Assembly (NCBI GenBank): GCA_043228905.1
Contig: JBHGNT010000006.1
Coordinates: forward strand, 10,044,001-10,108,000
From: Azolla caroliniana
Taxonomy: Eukaryota; Plantae; Polypodiophyta
DNA length: 64,000 nt
Direction: 5' to 3'
The first letter of the stretch is position 1; each line of letters starts with the position of its first letter. The translations under genes were made by a program, and so were the position numbers. The notes below the pieces were generated by a model, which was given only the letters and a program-made list of their open reading frames with translations, was not told the origin of the DNA and did no database searches. This document shows positions 37,701 to 51,140 of this stretch, in pieces.

Positions 37701-39173
37701 AATACAAGTTTATTTTTAGGCAGAGTGGCATTCCCATGTTAGTAAACCTCTTATTCCAGATGGCAAGACTTCAGAGAAACGTAAGTACAGCCATGATAGG
37801 AAACAAAACACGGAATTTCAGTAGGTACTAGAGTCATGCCTCTCCATGTATTTAGATCCACATAAAGATGCCTAGTAATCAGCATCTAGAGACTTGATTG
37901 ATGATTGACTACGAAAAGACACTTCATAATCGGAAGAGATCCCGGACCTCTCTACCAAGAAGAAGAGATCTATGATTCATAAGATCAGGAATCCAAAAGA
38001 TGCACTTGAAAATGCAGAGAAAAGAGGCCTACATACTTAAGGAGACTTATTTCAGGGAATGTTTCTAGGGTTGGAGTGACTCATGGATGAATCTGAAAAA
38101 TGCATCTTCTAGAGTCGGAGAAAAAGAAACGCAACGCTAGCATCATATCTGTGAAAAAATAGGCAGTAAAGGTAGAGGAAACGAAACACATGAGAAGCGC
38201 ATGAATCCAACATGCAGGAACATTTCTGAAACAGAAGCAGTAATCGAAAATGTAGACTCGTCATTTCTGCAACAATGCAGGCAAACGCAGTAAAGAAAAA
38301 TGAACAGACATCCAAAATGCAGAAGATGGGAGATTAATAAGAGATATTATAGATAGCCGCCATCCCCACCACAAAATGCCGAAAACGGATGTACAGAAAT
38401 CCATTCAAGCAGAGGATGGACATGGAAAAAGAAAGATAGAAGGCAGAATCAGCAGCCGTTACTCTGAAGAAATGCACGACATGGAGATCATAAGCCATGA
38501 AACTAGCAGAAAAGAAAAATGTAGAAGCATGGAGCATGCAGGAGATGTACATTAAGGAAATAGACAGCATGCAGGAGATGCAACCAAATCTGATGAACAG
38601 AGATTCAACGTGTGGGAGGTAGAGGTTGAGAACCTAAGCAGTAAAGATATATATAAATATATATATACATATCCATAATTGATCGATTCAGTGTACAGGC
38701 AGAGGCATGGAGCATGCAGGAGGTTTAGATTAAGAAAAAAAGACAGCATGCAGGAGATGCAACCAATTCTGATGTACAGTACAGAGATCCAACGTGTAGG
38801 AGGTAGAGGTTAAGAAGAAGCAGTAAAAAAAGATATAAACATATGTATACATAATTGATGGGAGTCAGTGAATGAATAAAGGAAACAAATTTAGTTGAAA
38901 GGAAAGAGAAGGAGAAAGAAAGGAAAGCATGGATGGAAATCTCTGATAGAAGATAGATTCGTGTTACCAGGAAGTGACATCGTAGACACTGTTGCGGATG
39001 ACGAGCCAGCAGCTGGAGGCGGAAGAGTGAGAGCGAACCTCGGAAGCAGAGAATGTACGAGGAGGAGGAGGAGGAGAGAGATTCGTGATCATAGCCGTTG
39101 TTTTGTTCTTCTTCGATGGAGAAGAAGGAGGAGCGACAGAAGTCTGCAGAAAGGTGGAGGAATGTGGAGGCAT
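34746..39173 (-). CDS. Cytochrome-b5-fused front-end delta-5 fatty-acid desaturase, 491 aa; exons 39173-38968, 37630-37538, 37386-37233, 36669-36486, 36371-36302, 36212-36139, 36050-35983, 35904-35813, 35705-35561, 35449-35324, 35200-35129, 35038-34928, 34826-34746
   Basis: Spliced translation: MPPHS...CWLVIRNSVYDVTSWIPYHPGG...QLFDSYHP (cyt b5), then His boxes HDANH, QQHVVGHHSFTN and GGLNHQIEHHLFP, ending RLNG-stop. It is collinear with liverwort/moss delta-5 desaturases as I recall them. Exon lengths sum to 1476 nt with consistent phases. Confidence 0.92.
38525..38872. repeat. Diverged ~180-bp tandem duplication in desaturase intron 1
   Basis: GCATGGAGCATGCAGGAG...AGACAGCATGCAGGAGATGCAACCAA(A/T)TCTGATG...GGAGGTAGAGGTT...CATAATTGAT occurs twice. 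Confidence 0.8.
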
Positions 39174-39249
39174 CGCGCTATGTTTACCCCCCCACCACCA
39201 CCACCACAGGAGAGTATCTCCTCTCCTCCCTTCTCTCTCTCTTTCTGCC

Positions 39250-39470
39250 TCTTCTTCTTCTTCTTCTTCTTCTTCTTCTTCTTCTTCTTCTTCTTCTAAT
39301 TCCGAAGAAGTAGAAGCAACCTTCGCAGTGGACAGGCGTTCGATCAAAACCTTCAAAACCTTTTAAGTGGCGACAGAAGCTCTCTGTCTTCCTTTTTCCC
39401 TTCTCTCCCTCTTCCTCTCTTATTCTCTGAGAGAATTAAGTAGCAGACCTCTTCAAAGTAGCAGAAGCTC

Positions 39471-39506
<36 letters not shown>

Positions 39507-39802
39507 TTCCAATGATCCAAAACTAGTAGTCGAAAGAAATGTGAGAGATTGAAGGAAGAACTTCGTCCTCTCTCTTTTTCTTCTCCGTCTCTTAGCAAAC
39601 CAGCAAGGAACGAAATGTACCTCTGCTTACAGAGCTCGTACTTTGAGATTTTACGCAGGAAAGGCCATAGCCCAGAGATCTGCCTTTCTTCACTCTGCAC
39701 TCTGTCTCTCTGTCTTTCCTTTGTATGTATTGTCAACGAGGGTGAGGTTATAGAGAGAGACAGACACAGAGAGGGAGGGGAGGAGGCTGCCTTCTCTCTC
39801 AG

Positions 39803-39842
<40 letters not shown>

Positions 39843-39933
39843 AGAGAGAGGTGTAGACAGACAGTGTGCGTACAAGAGCTGCATCGTGCTGGCCATGCCT
39901 GAATTTCTAAATGAGGAAAGAAAAAGAGAAAGG

Positions 39934-39975
<42 letters not shown>

Positions 39976-40030
39976 CTTTGGTTTGAGTATGTATGTATGT
40001 ATGTATGTATGTATGTATGTATGTAGTTTG
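39250..40030. repeat. Microsatellite cluster in the desaturase 5' UTR/promoter: (TTC)n, (TTTC)n, (CT)n, (GA)n, (GTAT)n
   Basis: Directly visible simple repeats. Confidence 0.9.
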
Positions 40031-40239
40031 GTGGTGGTGGTGGTTTTTTTTTTTGTCTCTGTGTGTGTGTATGTGTGTTTGTTTCCACAGAGTTAAAGGT
40101 CGTGTGGCTGGACGCGATACACTCTACTCAACGGTCCGTAGCGAGAGGGGTGCCCCACTTTTGTCTCGCCTTTTAAACATTTTCTTTTTTTTTGGTTTGG
40201 CTTATTTTGTTTTGTGGCAAAAGAAACCCCCCCCCCCCC

Positions 40240-40720
40240 AAACTGATCATTGCTATTCTCTTTTTCATTTTCCTTTTTGTTCTTTGTTTTTTTGCTTTTT
40301 GCTTTTTGCTTTTGGCCTTTTGCTTTCTGTTTTCTGTTTTTTCCCTTTTTTTTAATCGGGACTATGATTTTTTTTATTTTTTTTTCCTCCTCTTGATTAT
40401 TTTATTTATTCCTTTCTCCTCCTCCTTCTTCCGTTCCTCGTCCTCCTCCTAATTATTTTGCGCGTCTTTCGTTTTCCTTCTTAATTTCTTTCTGTTTTAA
40501 TTCCTTTTTTTCTTTTTCTTTTTCTTTTTCTTTTTCTTTTTCTTTTTCTTTTTCGTAATTCCTTTTTCTTTTTCTTTTTCGTAATTCCTTTTTCTTTTTC
40601 TTTTTCTTAATTCCTTTTTCTTTCTCGTCTTCTTAATTCCTTTTTCTTTTTCTTTTTCCTTAATTCCTTTTTCTCTTCCGCCTTATTTCTTTCTTTCTAT
40701 GGCTTCGGCTTTTTGTCTTC
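40240..40720. repeat. T-rich low-complexity tract with (TTTTTC)n and TAATTCCTTTTTC units
   Basis: Directly visible. Confidence 0.85.
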
Positions 40721-41089
40721 TTTTTGTTTGAGGGGGGGGGGGTGCAGGGCCTAGATTTTGTTGCCCGGGTTCCAAACGCTACCTAATAATGATTGATGTG
40801 TGCGGCTGCTTTCTTTGTTCCTGCTCCCACCCATGAGCCCATAAATAGTGGTATGTATTTAGAGAACTCCATCTAGGGAACTCTCAAGCCATGTGCACCA
40901 ACAATACCAAACAGTAATTGGTCAATGCGGCTCACATGATGTGCGTGAGGATCAAAGTCTCATAGTGCTGAACTTAATGCGTAGAAGATGCCCCACATGT
41001 GGGCATGGTGGGGGATGTTTTGTATGTGCGTGGGTGCCTAGCCCTCTTGTCTCTCTGTGTTGGCCTAGTGTGCATGTGAGCATGTACTC

Positions 41090-41128
<39 letters not shown>

Positions 41129-42403
41129 ACAAAGGGAGATGGGATCATGTGTTGCGCACAAACAAGCATTTGAACCACATTCATGAAAGAACATCCAACA
41201 ACTCGAGATAGACAACAACGAGGTAAGACCACACAATGCAGATATTAGTTAAGGGCCCTTTTTTGTGATCCCTTTCCTTCATGCAATCCTTTTGTTTTGA
41301 TTGTCTTTATAGCCATAGGTTCCATAAAGGTTCATGTTGGAAAACTAAAAATATCTACATAGTCCCTCTATGCGATCTTTTTGGTCCATAGATGCAACGA
41401 TTACTTAACACCAAAGATCCACATCATTACAGCACTTTCCATCTTGCAACTGAGTATATTCGACTTTTGTATAACAAATATCCACATATTTCTCCCACTT
41501 TCTCTCTTTGCAACATTACATGTGTAACTTTCAATATAGGCCCTCTCTCTCATTTATATTTATATAGCATTTCCATGCATGCAAGCTATAGAAAGATTTC
41601 TATAATGAGTCAATGGCCTCTCTTAGATAGATGTCATGATCCATGATCAAGGTGTAGATGTGGAATGAAATGGTTTATGAATAAAACCAAGATGGGTGGT
41701 GGTAAAATAAATAAATGAGATGCCAATTGAGAATGTAACCACAACTAGGGTTTCTATGAGTGAGCAAGTGACATATGAACATCTAAAAATCATATTTTTT
41801 CACAAAGGATGATGAATGATTTGTGTAAGCCCGTCCATGATTCACCGTGTTCCATGCATGGCCTATCCTCCATTCATCCAAGCCCCTACGTGGGCATGAC
41901 AAAAGGGCTACATTATCAATGACATAGTCTTTAGCCTTTTATATTTGATTGGACACTCCCCTTGTCACTCCTCATATACACCCATGACCTTGGATCGAGC
42001 TTTTGGTCCTAACTGGTGCAACTATTGTTGACAAATTTCTTTAGAATGTGTAGAAGTGTCTTGTCTATTGTCATGAATTGCACGTGCATGTGAAATTTAT
42101 TGGGAAGATAGCTTGTTGAAGACATTGTCGAAGATGATATAAACTCGAATATCCACTAAGTTGTTGTATATTCTCTTGTATATGCTCGTGTGTGAGTATA
42201 GTGTTTATTGTGCATTTTTTTTCCAAAAAGTTTATTGTGTATTTATGTTTAGTTAGATATGCGAAAATGATGTGGAGTATGAGGGGTTTGTACTTATGCA
42301 TAAATTCTATTTGTTTATTTATTATTGTAGATGTGTACTTGTATACGAGTTAGTATAAATATATTCAGGGTTCTTGAGGATTCGATTGAGTTACCCTAGT
42401 GTA

Positions 42404-42784
42404 TAACAATCGGCAACGGTTCGGTTTGAAAGGGTCCAAACCGAACCGGTTATACTTTTTTAAACTTGAACCAAACCAAACTATGAAACAGTTAAACCGA
42501 ATCGTTAAACCATTTTCAACCCGTTAAACCATAAAAACCGCGGTTTCGTGGTTCGGTTTCAGTTTTCAACATAGGTCAATTTTTTAATTTTTTAAAATTT
42601 ATAATATTTCGTTTTAAATTTTTTTTAAAGATGTTCCTAAAATGTGAGAATAAGGTCTAAAAATGAAAAGATTGTTTTAAAAATAATAATTTAAAAATAA
42701 ATATTTTTAAAATAAAAAACCGTTAAACCATTTAAACCATGATTTCTAGTTGTTAAAACCGAACCGAACCGTTCCCGATTGTTA
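42404..42784. mobile_element. hAT-superfamily MITE (381 bp)
   Basis: 23-bp TIR TAACAATCGG(C/G)AACGGTTCGGTT; perfect 8-bp TSD CTAGTGTA (42396-42403 and 42785-42792); repeated subterminal AAACCG motifs; AT-rich non-coding core. Confidence 0.92.
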
Positions 42785-42882
42785 CTAGTGTATGTGTATG
42801 TGTATACTAATAGGAATGAGTAGATTAAATAGAGTATCTATCTTAGTGTATGTGTAGGTGTGTCGAGGAGGATAAGTAAATC

Positions 42883-45800
42883 TTTTTTTTTTCCTTCAAA
42901 GATTTTCTTCAATAGTATTAAAAACGTTTGAAGGCTACAACTTGAAGTTATTTGCCTAGAGGCTTACAATGTAGAATATAAGACATTGTATGTACACCAA
43001 AACCTGTACATACAAAAACAACTTATAAAGGGGTGTTGAAACTTGATACGGTACATTACCGATGTACTGATATTCAAGAAAAGGTCCATGGAAGTCGATA
43101 GTTCCTATCAGGCCCTTGATCTGACACTACAAAGAGGGGCAACTTCATCCACAAATGAAGAAGCTTTGTCCTTCTCTTATGATCATTTTTTGGAGAACCA
43201 TACATATTATCATATTGCCCATGGACTACTGTCAACAATTTCTCCCATATCTTGAGTAGTACATCTGAAGGACCAAGATTCGTTGCATCGTAAAGTTGAC
43301 TACATCTACATTTCCATAATACCCATAATGTTACCGTAGTCATTGGTTTCCAAACATGGATAAATCACACCTGCTTTCGAGGTTGTTGAAACAGACTAAC
43401 TGATATCAATATTCTATTGTGTACCGTCATGGCCTCGTGAATATCGTTAGCCTCATACAACATCACGCTGGAATGTAAAACTCCCCACACCGCTGCTCCC
43501 CATGAGAACAAGCAACCAACATTGATAGTTGGGAATAAAGAAAGAACTTTATTCCATACTTGCTAAGCCAAGAGACAGTACCAGAGGGCATGCTTGATAG
43601 TCTCCTCAGCTGCATAGCAAAAGCCACATTACCTAAGATTAGGCATTGCATTCCCTTTCAATGACTGGCCAACTGGTAATGTTGCATGCACTAATAGCCA
43701 TCTAAAAAGAATAAATTTAGTGGCCCCCCTGAAAGACCAGATCCATCTCCATTAGGTTTTCAACTGCAAAGTTGAAGCACCCAGTTAGTCCAATGTTTCT
43801 GAGCTATTGGCACCGTTACATTCCTAGACATCAGTAATGACCTTCCTAGCTTCACTGAATACTGAAAGAAGGGAACCTTTATTATATGTTCCCCCAAGGA
43901 GTATGACCAAAACCAACCCCCCGGATCCCATAGTAATCTTGCAACAGGGTTTTTTGCATACAACCACATCATATCGCACATATGAGTGATGGAAGGAAAA
44001 GGAGCAAGCAACCACGTCTTTCCCATTTTAGCAACCACTATGACTGGTGCATTCCGCACATATTGCAGATAGTGCAGTCAAAGGCATGAGGCTTCAATTG
44101 TTGTTGTCAAGAACCTCAAAATAAGAAATGCACCCATTAGGTGACACACCCTTGACAACCAACAATGTGTCATTTATGAAGCATCCAAACCAGAATTGTT
44201 CCTGCATGGGTTGGAAGGTTGCATACAACAAGGAATATTCCACTGAAATGGCAACATTCATTATCTTGGCACCATCAACAACTTGTAAATACGCAAGACG
44301 ATCTGCTTGCAGCATCAGCTAGAATCGAATACAAGTGCTTACAGATGTAGCTGGCCCATTATCCAATTTACCCTAAGGCCCAACACTTTCCTGCATTATC
44401 CTCCCATCGTAGGACTTAATTGCATTAGCTGATTTATAAACATTCCTTTCCAAATTTCTGACCCTGGCAGCAATCCTCGGATCACAAACTTAATCAAGAG
44501 GGCTCTTGACTACATCAAAGGATCTATCAAACCCAACCCTCCATGGATTTTGGCTTGAATCAACACCTTCCAAGCAACTTTGGCTATAAAGCACATAGAG
44601 GCCAAAAGTATTGAGTTTACTACTACAACCCAACTTGCAAAAGACAATAGTAGTAGGGATATCATAGCTTCTGATTTCAAATCTATATCAAGCTGGCATC
44701 CCAAATACCGAACAGGTTCACCATGGTGAAGCCATCGGAAAGAAGGACCTAGATACCAAGAGGGATGACGTTCTTCACCCACCCATAACCCTACCGACTT
44801 GTTCCAATTAAGTGAGACACTTGTGGCTTCCGAGAAATTGTGCAAAGAATTTTGTACTTGACCAAGATTACCAATCTCGCCATCAACATAGAGGGTTGTA
44901 TCATCTTCAAACTCAACATCCAATACATCAGACTATGCAATTTGTTGGAAGACAGGTCCCTGCGAATGGGAAGGGAGAAGAATAGTGCCGATGAACAAAC
45001 TCGGCCGAGGCCGAAATCGTATGACGAGTACCCGGCTACGGAGAGCCGGATGGTGCAGACCTGGTGAGGACTGCTCACCGGATGAAGAGACATATTCGTA
45101 AATATGTTTCTGAGAGTCCATCATGGCTATATTTGTAAATAGCCGAAAAGTCATATTAGTATAAATATGACTTAGGGTAAACTTTTAGTGGTTGGTTGTT
45201 GTCATTCTTGTTGGTGCAAGGAAAGAGAGAGAGCGCATAACTGTGTACAGAGAGAGAGAGAGAGAGAGGAAGAGGTCGTTGCCTCCGTGAACTCACAGTT
45301 GTACATTCTAACATAGTGATAGTTTGCAGCCTGTGGGCTGCCGTGGTTTTTCCCTTAGTTTGGGTTTTCCACATAAACATCCTGCGTACCTTTCTCTTCT
45401 TCGTGTCGTGCTTTATTTCCCGTTCTCTGTGTATGATTTTAAGCACGGTTGTGACCGAGCATTGCGTATAAGGAACGAGTAGTTCCCAACACAATTATAG
45501 GTAATGTTATACCTTTTATACCAACGGAAGAAGATCTTAGGTATGAGGACAAAGCGTCCCCGAACAAGATAAAGAGAAAAGGGGCAAGAGGACATTCTTG
45601 CCTAACTAACCTAGAAATTGGAAATATTGGCCCATATCCTCCAGTGAACAAAACTGAGTTAGAGGCTTGCCTGTATAAGGCAGAAACACTTGTTATCTTG
45701 ACACCACTGCCTCAAGAAAATCTCACTCTACTTTGTCATAGGCTTTTTCAAAGTCCAACAATAATACTGCCAAATATTGTTTATTTTGCTGAGATAATGC

Positions 45801-46022
45801 AACGATTTCCTAGAACAAAAAGATATTATAAAAAATGATTCTATCTTGTATAAAACCAGATTGTGTGTCATGAATAATAGATGGCAACAGAGATTGAAAT
45901 CTAATGGCATTAGTTTTTTCCACAATCTTATAAACATCATTGAACAATGTTATTGGCGGCCACTTAGAGACTTCATCACACTTAGCATTTGACTTAGGAA
46001 TCATATATATGATTCCCTCCAT
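42883..46022 (-). mobile_element. L1-clade LINE, 3' part of ORF2 (degenerate), interrupted by a solo LTR
   Basis: Poly(A) tail (T10 at 42883-42892); RT motifs IYMIPK...WPPITLFNDVYKI...TQSGFIQDRII, VRQECPLAPFLF, EFEDDTTLY, VRYLG, HGGLGLID; C-terminal TLWVLWKCRC. Confidence 0.88.
44943..45491 (+). mobile_element. Solo LTR (549 bp) inserted in the L1 RT
   Basis: TGTTGGAA...TTCCCAACA termini; perfect TSD CAATT at 44938-44942 and 45492-45496; TATAAATA on the + strand. Confidence 0.9.
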
Positions 46023-49000
46023 TGTCGTGGTTGTCTGCGTGGATGTGTCATAACGGGGCGAGACCACTAGGGTCTCAGACCAAGGAGATGGTAAGGGAAG
46101 CGAGATTACCCGGATATCTTCGTCGAAGTGCGGTTCGGACATGTATTCGATCCGAACTAGTCTCCGGATGTCGGAGGTGAGCGCACAGGCTCAGGGACAT
46201 ATACTATTCTGGACCTGTTGTTGAGTAGCAAGCAGTGAGCTCACGGGCTCACACACTCGGGTACGCACACGCAAACGAGAGGGAACGGAGATAAGAACAC
46301 GGGCAGAGACAGGAAAGATAGAAGATCCGAAAACAACAAGGTAGTCTATTGTTGAGATACAAGCTCAACATTGGGTGTCTAAACCGGTGCATAAACTAGT
46401 GCGTAGATTGGGTGCGTAAACCGAGTGCGCAACAAGAGGCCGTAGCGGTGCGTAAACCGGGAGGTCATTGGATAGATATTCTGTAGAGGAATATATTTTA
46501 GGAGTTAGTGTAGGGGCTCATTGATGAGCATTGAAGTACGAGTCAATACTTTTGTCAGTCCGTATGAACCTGTATAAAAGTGCTCTCTGAGCACATCCTA
46601 TGTACAGAGTTTTAGAGTTTTGTTTTGAAATTGAGTTTTCTGTGTTCTGCTCTCTCTATCTCTCCCGTGTATGCTGTGTTGATTAAGCTTTCCATTAAAA
46701 CTTCTTTGTCTTTTGTCTGTTGTTACCTGGTTGTGTTTGTTAAGCGAGGGTTGAGATCCTCTATTGCCGACAAACAGACAAACCCTAATCATGGTGAAGA
46801 ATAGAAGAAGCAAAGAATAGACATAGAAATGGCTAGCTCGCTTCCGACAGAGAAGCTCGACATAAGCAACTATGCATCTTGGTCATACAAGATGCACCAA
46901 TAACTGCTTGGGCATGGCTACTGGAGTTATGTCGATGGAGCTAATGACGTAGCACCTGAATCGACACACAGAGATTTCTCGGCTTGGGAACAAGCGGCAA
47001 GCAGAGTTCTCTACTGCTTCGCATCCTATGTGAACGATCAACTTCTAAGCTAAATTCGGGATGCGAGGACGCCGAAGGATGCTTGGGGAAATCTGAAAAA
47101 GATTTTCGCCGCAAGCACCATAGCCAGAAAGCTCGTCCTCAAGCAAGAGTTGAGCAATGTTCGACAATGAGATATGTGGGCGACTGATTACACCTCCAAG
47201 ATCAAGGACATCTGCGACTCTCTTGCCTCCGTCGACGTAAACATCGAGGAGGACGAAATGGTACAGGTATGCCTCGGAGGGTTAGCGTCGAAGTTCGGAC
47301 CATTCTGAACTGCAGTCTGTACAAGGGAGAATACATCGTCGTTTTTTGACTTATAGTCGATGCTTCTTGTAGAGGAGAACCATGCGAGTGCGTTAACTAG
47401 TATGCATGCGGACAGTAAGATGTTGCACACGGAGGAAGATAGGGCCCATGGTCGTGGCAGACAAGGTGAGTCGGCGCACAATGGAGGCGGCCGACAGGAT
47501 CAAGATGGAAGGCATGGTCGTAATGCCAACAATAGTTCCAGACCCTCGAGAAGCAGGGGGAGTCGAGGCGGCGCCGGAAACCAACAAGGAAAGCCCGTCG
47601 TGGAATGTTGGTACTGTGGCAAGAAAGGCCACAAGGAGAGCGAGTGCTGGAAGAAACACGCCGATTCGGAGAAAACCCCATCAGGATCCAGGCGGACCAA
47701 ACAAGGAAATTGTCAGCGATCGCACTACGCCGAGGGCTCTGAACAAGCCGAAAATGGATCGGGCCCAGCCTTCGTAATGAAGCACAAGGCCAATTCGATG
47801 GCGGTGAACACCACGAAACCAAATGAGGTGTGGTATGTTGACTCCGAAGCGTCAAATCATATGACGAGTAACGAGGAATGGTTCTCGTACTTGGAGAAAC
47901 CGGAAAAACAAGGAGAGGTCGAAACTGGAGACGACACTCCGCATACGATTGAACATGTCGGTGAAGTTCCCCTCAACCACGTCGGGCAAAAAGGGAAACT
48001 CATGAACGTGCTACACGTCCCAACAATAACTAAGAACTTGGTGTCGGTCAGACAGATCGTCGACTAGGGGATGCAAGTTTGATTCATGCATCTCGGTTGC
48101 TACATCGAAGAAGAGGGCAAAGTCATTGCGCAAGGGCACCGAGAAGGGAGGATGTTCATCCTCAACACCAATGAAGTTGAAACCACATTGTTCGCGAAAG
48201 GACAGAAGGTCGAGTCGGACATCAACCTCTGGCACAAACGGTTCATCTATGTTAACTTCCCGCGGTTTCGTGAAATGCAGACGAAGACCATTGTTTTCGG
48301 ATTGCCAAAATTTAGTGGCCGGAACGGCTAAGTTTGCAAAGCCTGCTAGCTCGGGAAGCAGCACCGATTTCCATTCCCCAACGAGCGTAATCAGAGTCGA
48401 AATCCGCTCGATGTAATCCATTTAAAAGTATGGGGACCAGCACAGAACACGAGCATCAGAGGAAGCCGTTACTTCGTAACCTTCATCGATGACTTCACTC
48501 GGCACACTTGGGCATGCTTGATTGCGAAAAAGAGCAAAGTCTTGGTGTGTTTCCTGAAGGTGAAGAGCCTTGCGGAAAGGGAAACCAGGCGAAAGATCAC
48601 GTGCCTAAGGTCCGACGGCGGGAAGGAGTACTTCTCTGACCAATTCTCGAGTTATCTATAGAAGGAGGGAATTCGAAGCAAATTCTCATGTAGATACACG
48701 TCGTAGCAGAACGGCGTGGCCGAGAGGAAGAATCAGGCGATAGAGGAGGTGGCAAGGGCAATGCTTGAAGAGACGCATTTGCCAAAGTTCTATTAGGTCG
48801 AAGCGGTCAGAACAATCGTCTACCTCCCGAATCGGGCATCTGCCAATGGAGGAGTGTCGCCACATGAGTTGTACTTAAGAAAGAAGCCGAACTTGGCACA
48901 CTTGAGGGTTTTCGGTAGCATCGCGTATGTGCATGTGGCGAAGGAGAAATGGAGGAAGTTAGAGGCCAAAGCCGAGAAGTGTATCTTGGTTGGCTACTCG

Positions 49001-51102
49001 GACGAACAAAAGGGTTATAAGTGTTATAACCCCCAAACCAAACAAGCTTGCGTAAGTCGTGATGTTGTGTTCGATGAGTCCGCGTCATGGTACTTGCCTT
49101 CGCCTCCAACCCCTGACAACTCCATTCTGATCTCTGACGAAGAGGTCAATGAGGCTGAAATACCCCAGGATGAAGGAGACATCGGAGCTCTTGAAGAGAG
49201 TCTGATCTCCCTCACACTAAGTGGGTCGAATGAGCGACTGAGTCAGCATGACCAGTCAGACGCAGAGCTGACGAGTAGTGGAGACTCGGCCATGCATTCC
49301 CCATGCAGGAAGCCGAGGAGACGGTTTACACGCAAAGAGAAGGGAAAGAAGAAGATGCTGGAGTAGGGCACTGATAAAGACAAGTCGGAACGAAGCGACT
49401 CAGACTTGGAGGAGAATGAAGACGGACCTTCAGAAACGAAGTCCGGGTCAGCCAAGAGGGCCTTAAAATCGGCTAATGAGCATTTACGTAGATCTACCCG
49501 CCAGAAGAACCCCGTGGTGTGATTAATATACAACGAGTACATGGCGCATCATTATGCATACATGATGCGAGTGGTGGAAGTGCGTGAGCTAGAAAGCTAC
49601 GCAGAAGCGGCGAAGGATGCAAATTGGCGTGCTACAATGGAGGAAGAGATGCACACATTAGCGGCAAATGGAACCTGGGACCTAGTTGATGCCCCGAAGG
49701 GTGTAAAGCCGATTGGATGTAGGTGGGTGTACAAGGTCAAGTACAACACTGACGACTCTATCAACCACTACAAGGCCCGGTTAGTGGCGAAGGGATATGC
49801 AGAGCAACACGACATCAACTACGATGAGACCTTTGCGCTGGTCGCGAAGATGACAACCGACCGTGTCCTACTTGCGGTCGACGCGGTAAAGGGGTGACAT
49901 TTACATCAGATGGATGTAAAGAATGCGTTCCTGCAAGGAGAACTTGAGGAACAGGTGTACATGGTACAACGTCCCGGATATTAGTCCAAAAAGAACACCT
50001 CAGTGGTATGCCGACTGAAGAAGTTCCTCTACGGACTAAAGCAAACCTCGCGCACGTGGAATGTGAAGATCACGTAGCGCCTGCGTCGTATGGGGTTTGC
50101 GACGTCCAAATAGGACTCTTCATTGTTCGTCCGACAATGTTGATGATTTAGTCATCGCTAGCGCCGACCTAGATGAAATCGGTTGCGTAAAGTCCCAGCT
50201 CGCGACATTATTTGACATGAAGGACCTAGAAACTTTCATTACTTCCTAGGGATCGAAGTGATCCGCAACACTGAATGCATATTGATCAACCAACGACATT
50301 ACATGCTGAGTATGCTCTTTAAGTTCAGGATGGCAGACTGTAAGTCCATCTCAACTCCTCTAGACAGAAACGTCAAGCTTCGCCGAGATTCGGTAAGGCG
50401 TGCGACTCGACACGGTTCCGACAAATTGTCGGAAGCCTAATTTATTTGACGATCACTCGGTTGGATCTCAGTTACCTGGTCGGCCTGATCAATCAATTTA
50501 TGTCACAACCCACGACTGAACACCTTTAGTGCGCGCAAAGGATATTGCGCTATGTGCGCAACACTAAGGACCAGGCGCTGCTATATCGGACCGATATTGC
50601 CGAACAGCTCATCGGCTACTCGGATGCCTTTTGGGCCGGAAACGCCGGCGATCGTAGATTCACATCTGGGTTTGCTTTCTCACTTGGGAGCACCGCGATC
50701 TCCTAGAGCAGCAAGAAGCAGTTGACAATTGCACTGTCGAGCATGGAGGCTGAGCATCGAGGAGCGGTTGTCATGACATGTGAAGCCATTTGGCTCAAGA
50801 GGCTACTCAAGAATTTGCAGGTGGAGGTGTCCGCTCCGACAACGATCTACTACGACAACCTCAGCAGCATCCAACTTGCGAGTTTTAGACTATTGTTTTG
50901 AAATTGAGTTTTTTCTATTCTGCTCTCTTTGTGTCTCCCGCGTATGCTGTGTTGATTAAGCTTTCCATTAAACCTTCTTTGTCTTTTGTCTGTTGTTACC
51001 CGGTTGTGTCTGTTAAGCTTCCACACGTATTCGTTTACATCTATTAATCTATAAAAAAAAGAATTACAACCGGAATTGGCCGGAAACCAAGCTTCGACCT
51101 CC

Positions 51103-51140
<38 letters not shown>

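Noticed and set aside
39174-39356. Poly-Glu/poly-Trp N-terminal extension of the desaturase
   Set aside because: No in-frame ATG upstream of 39173; it is a (GAA)n microsatellite in the 5' UTR, and homologues as I recall them start at MPPH.
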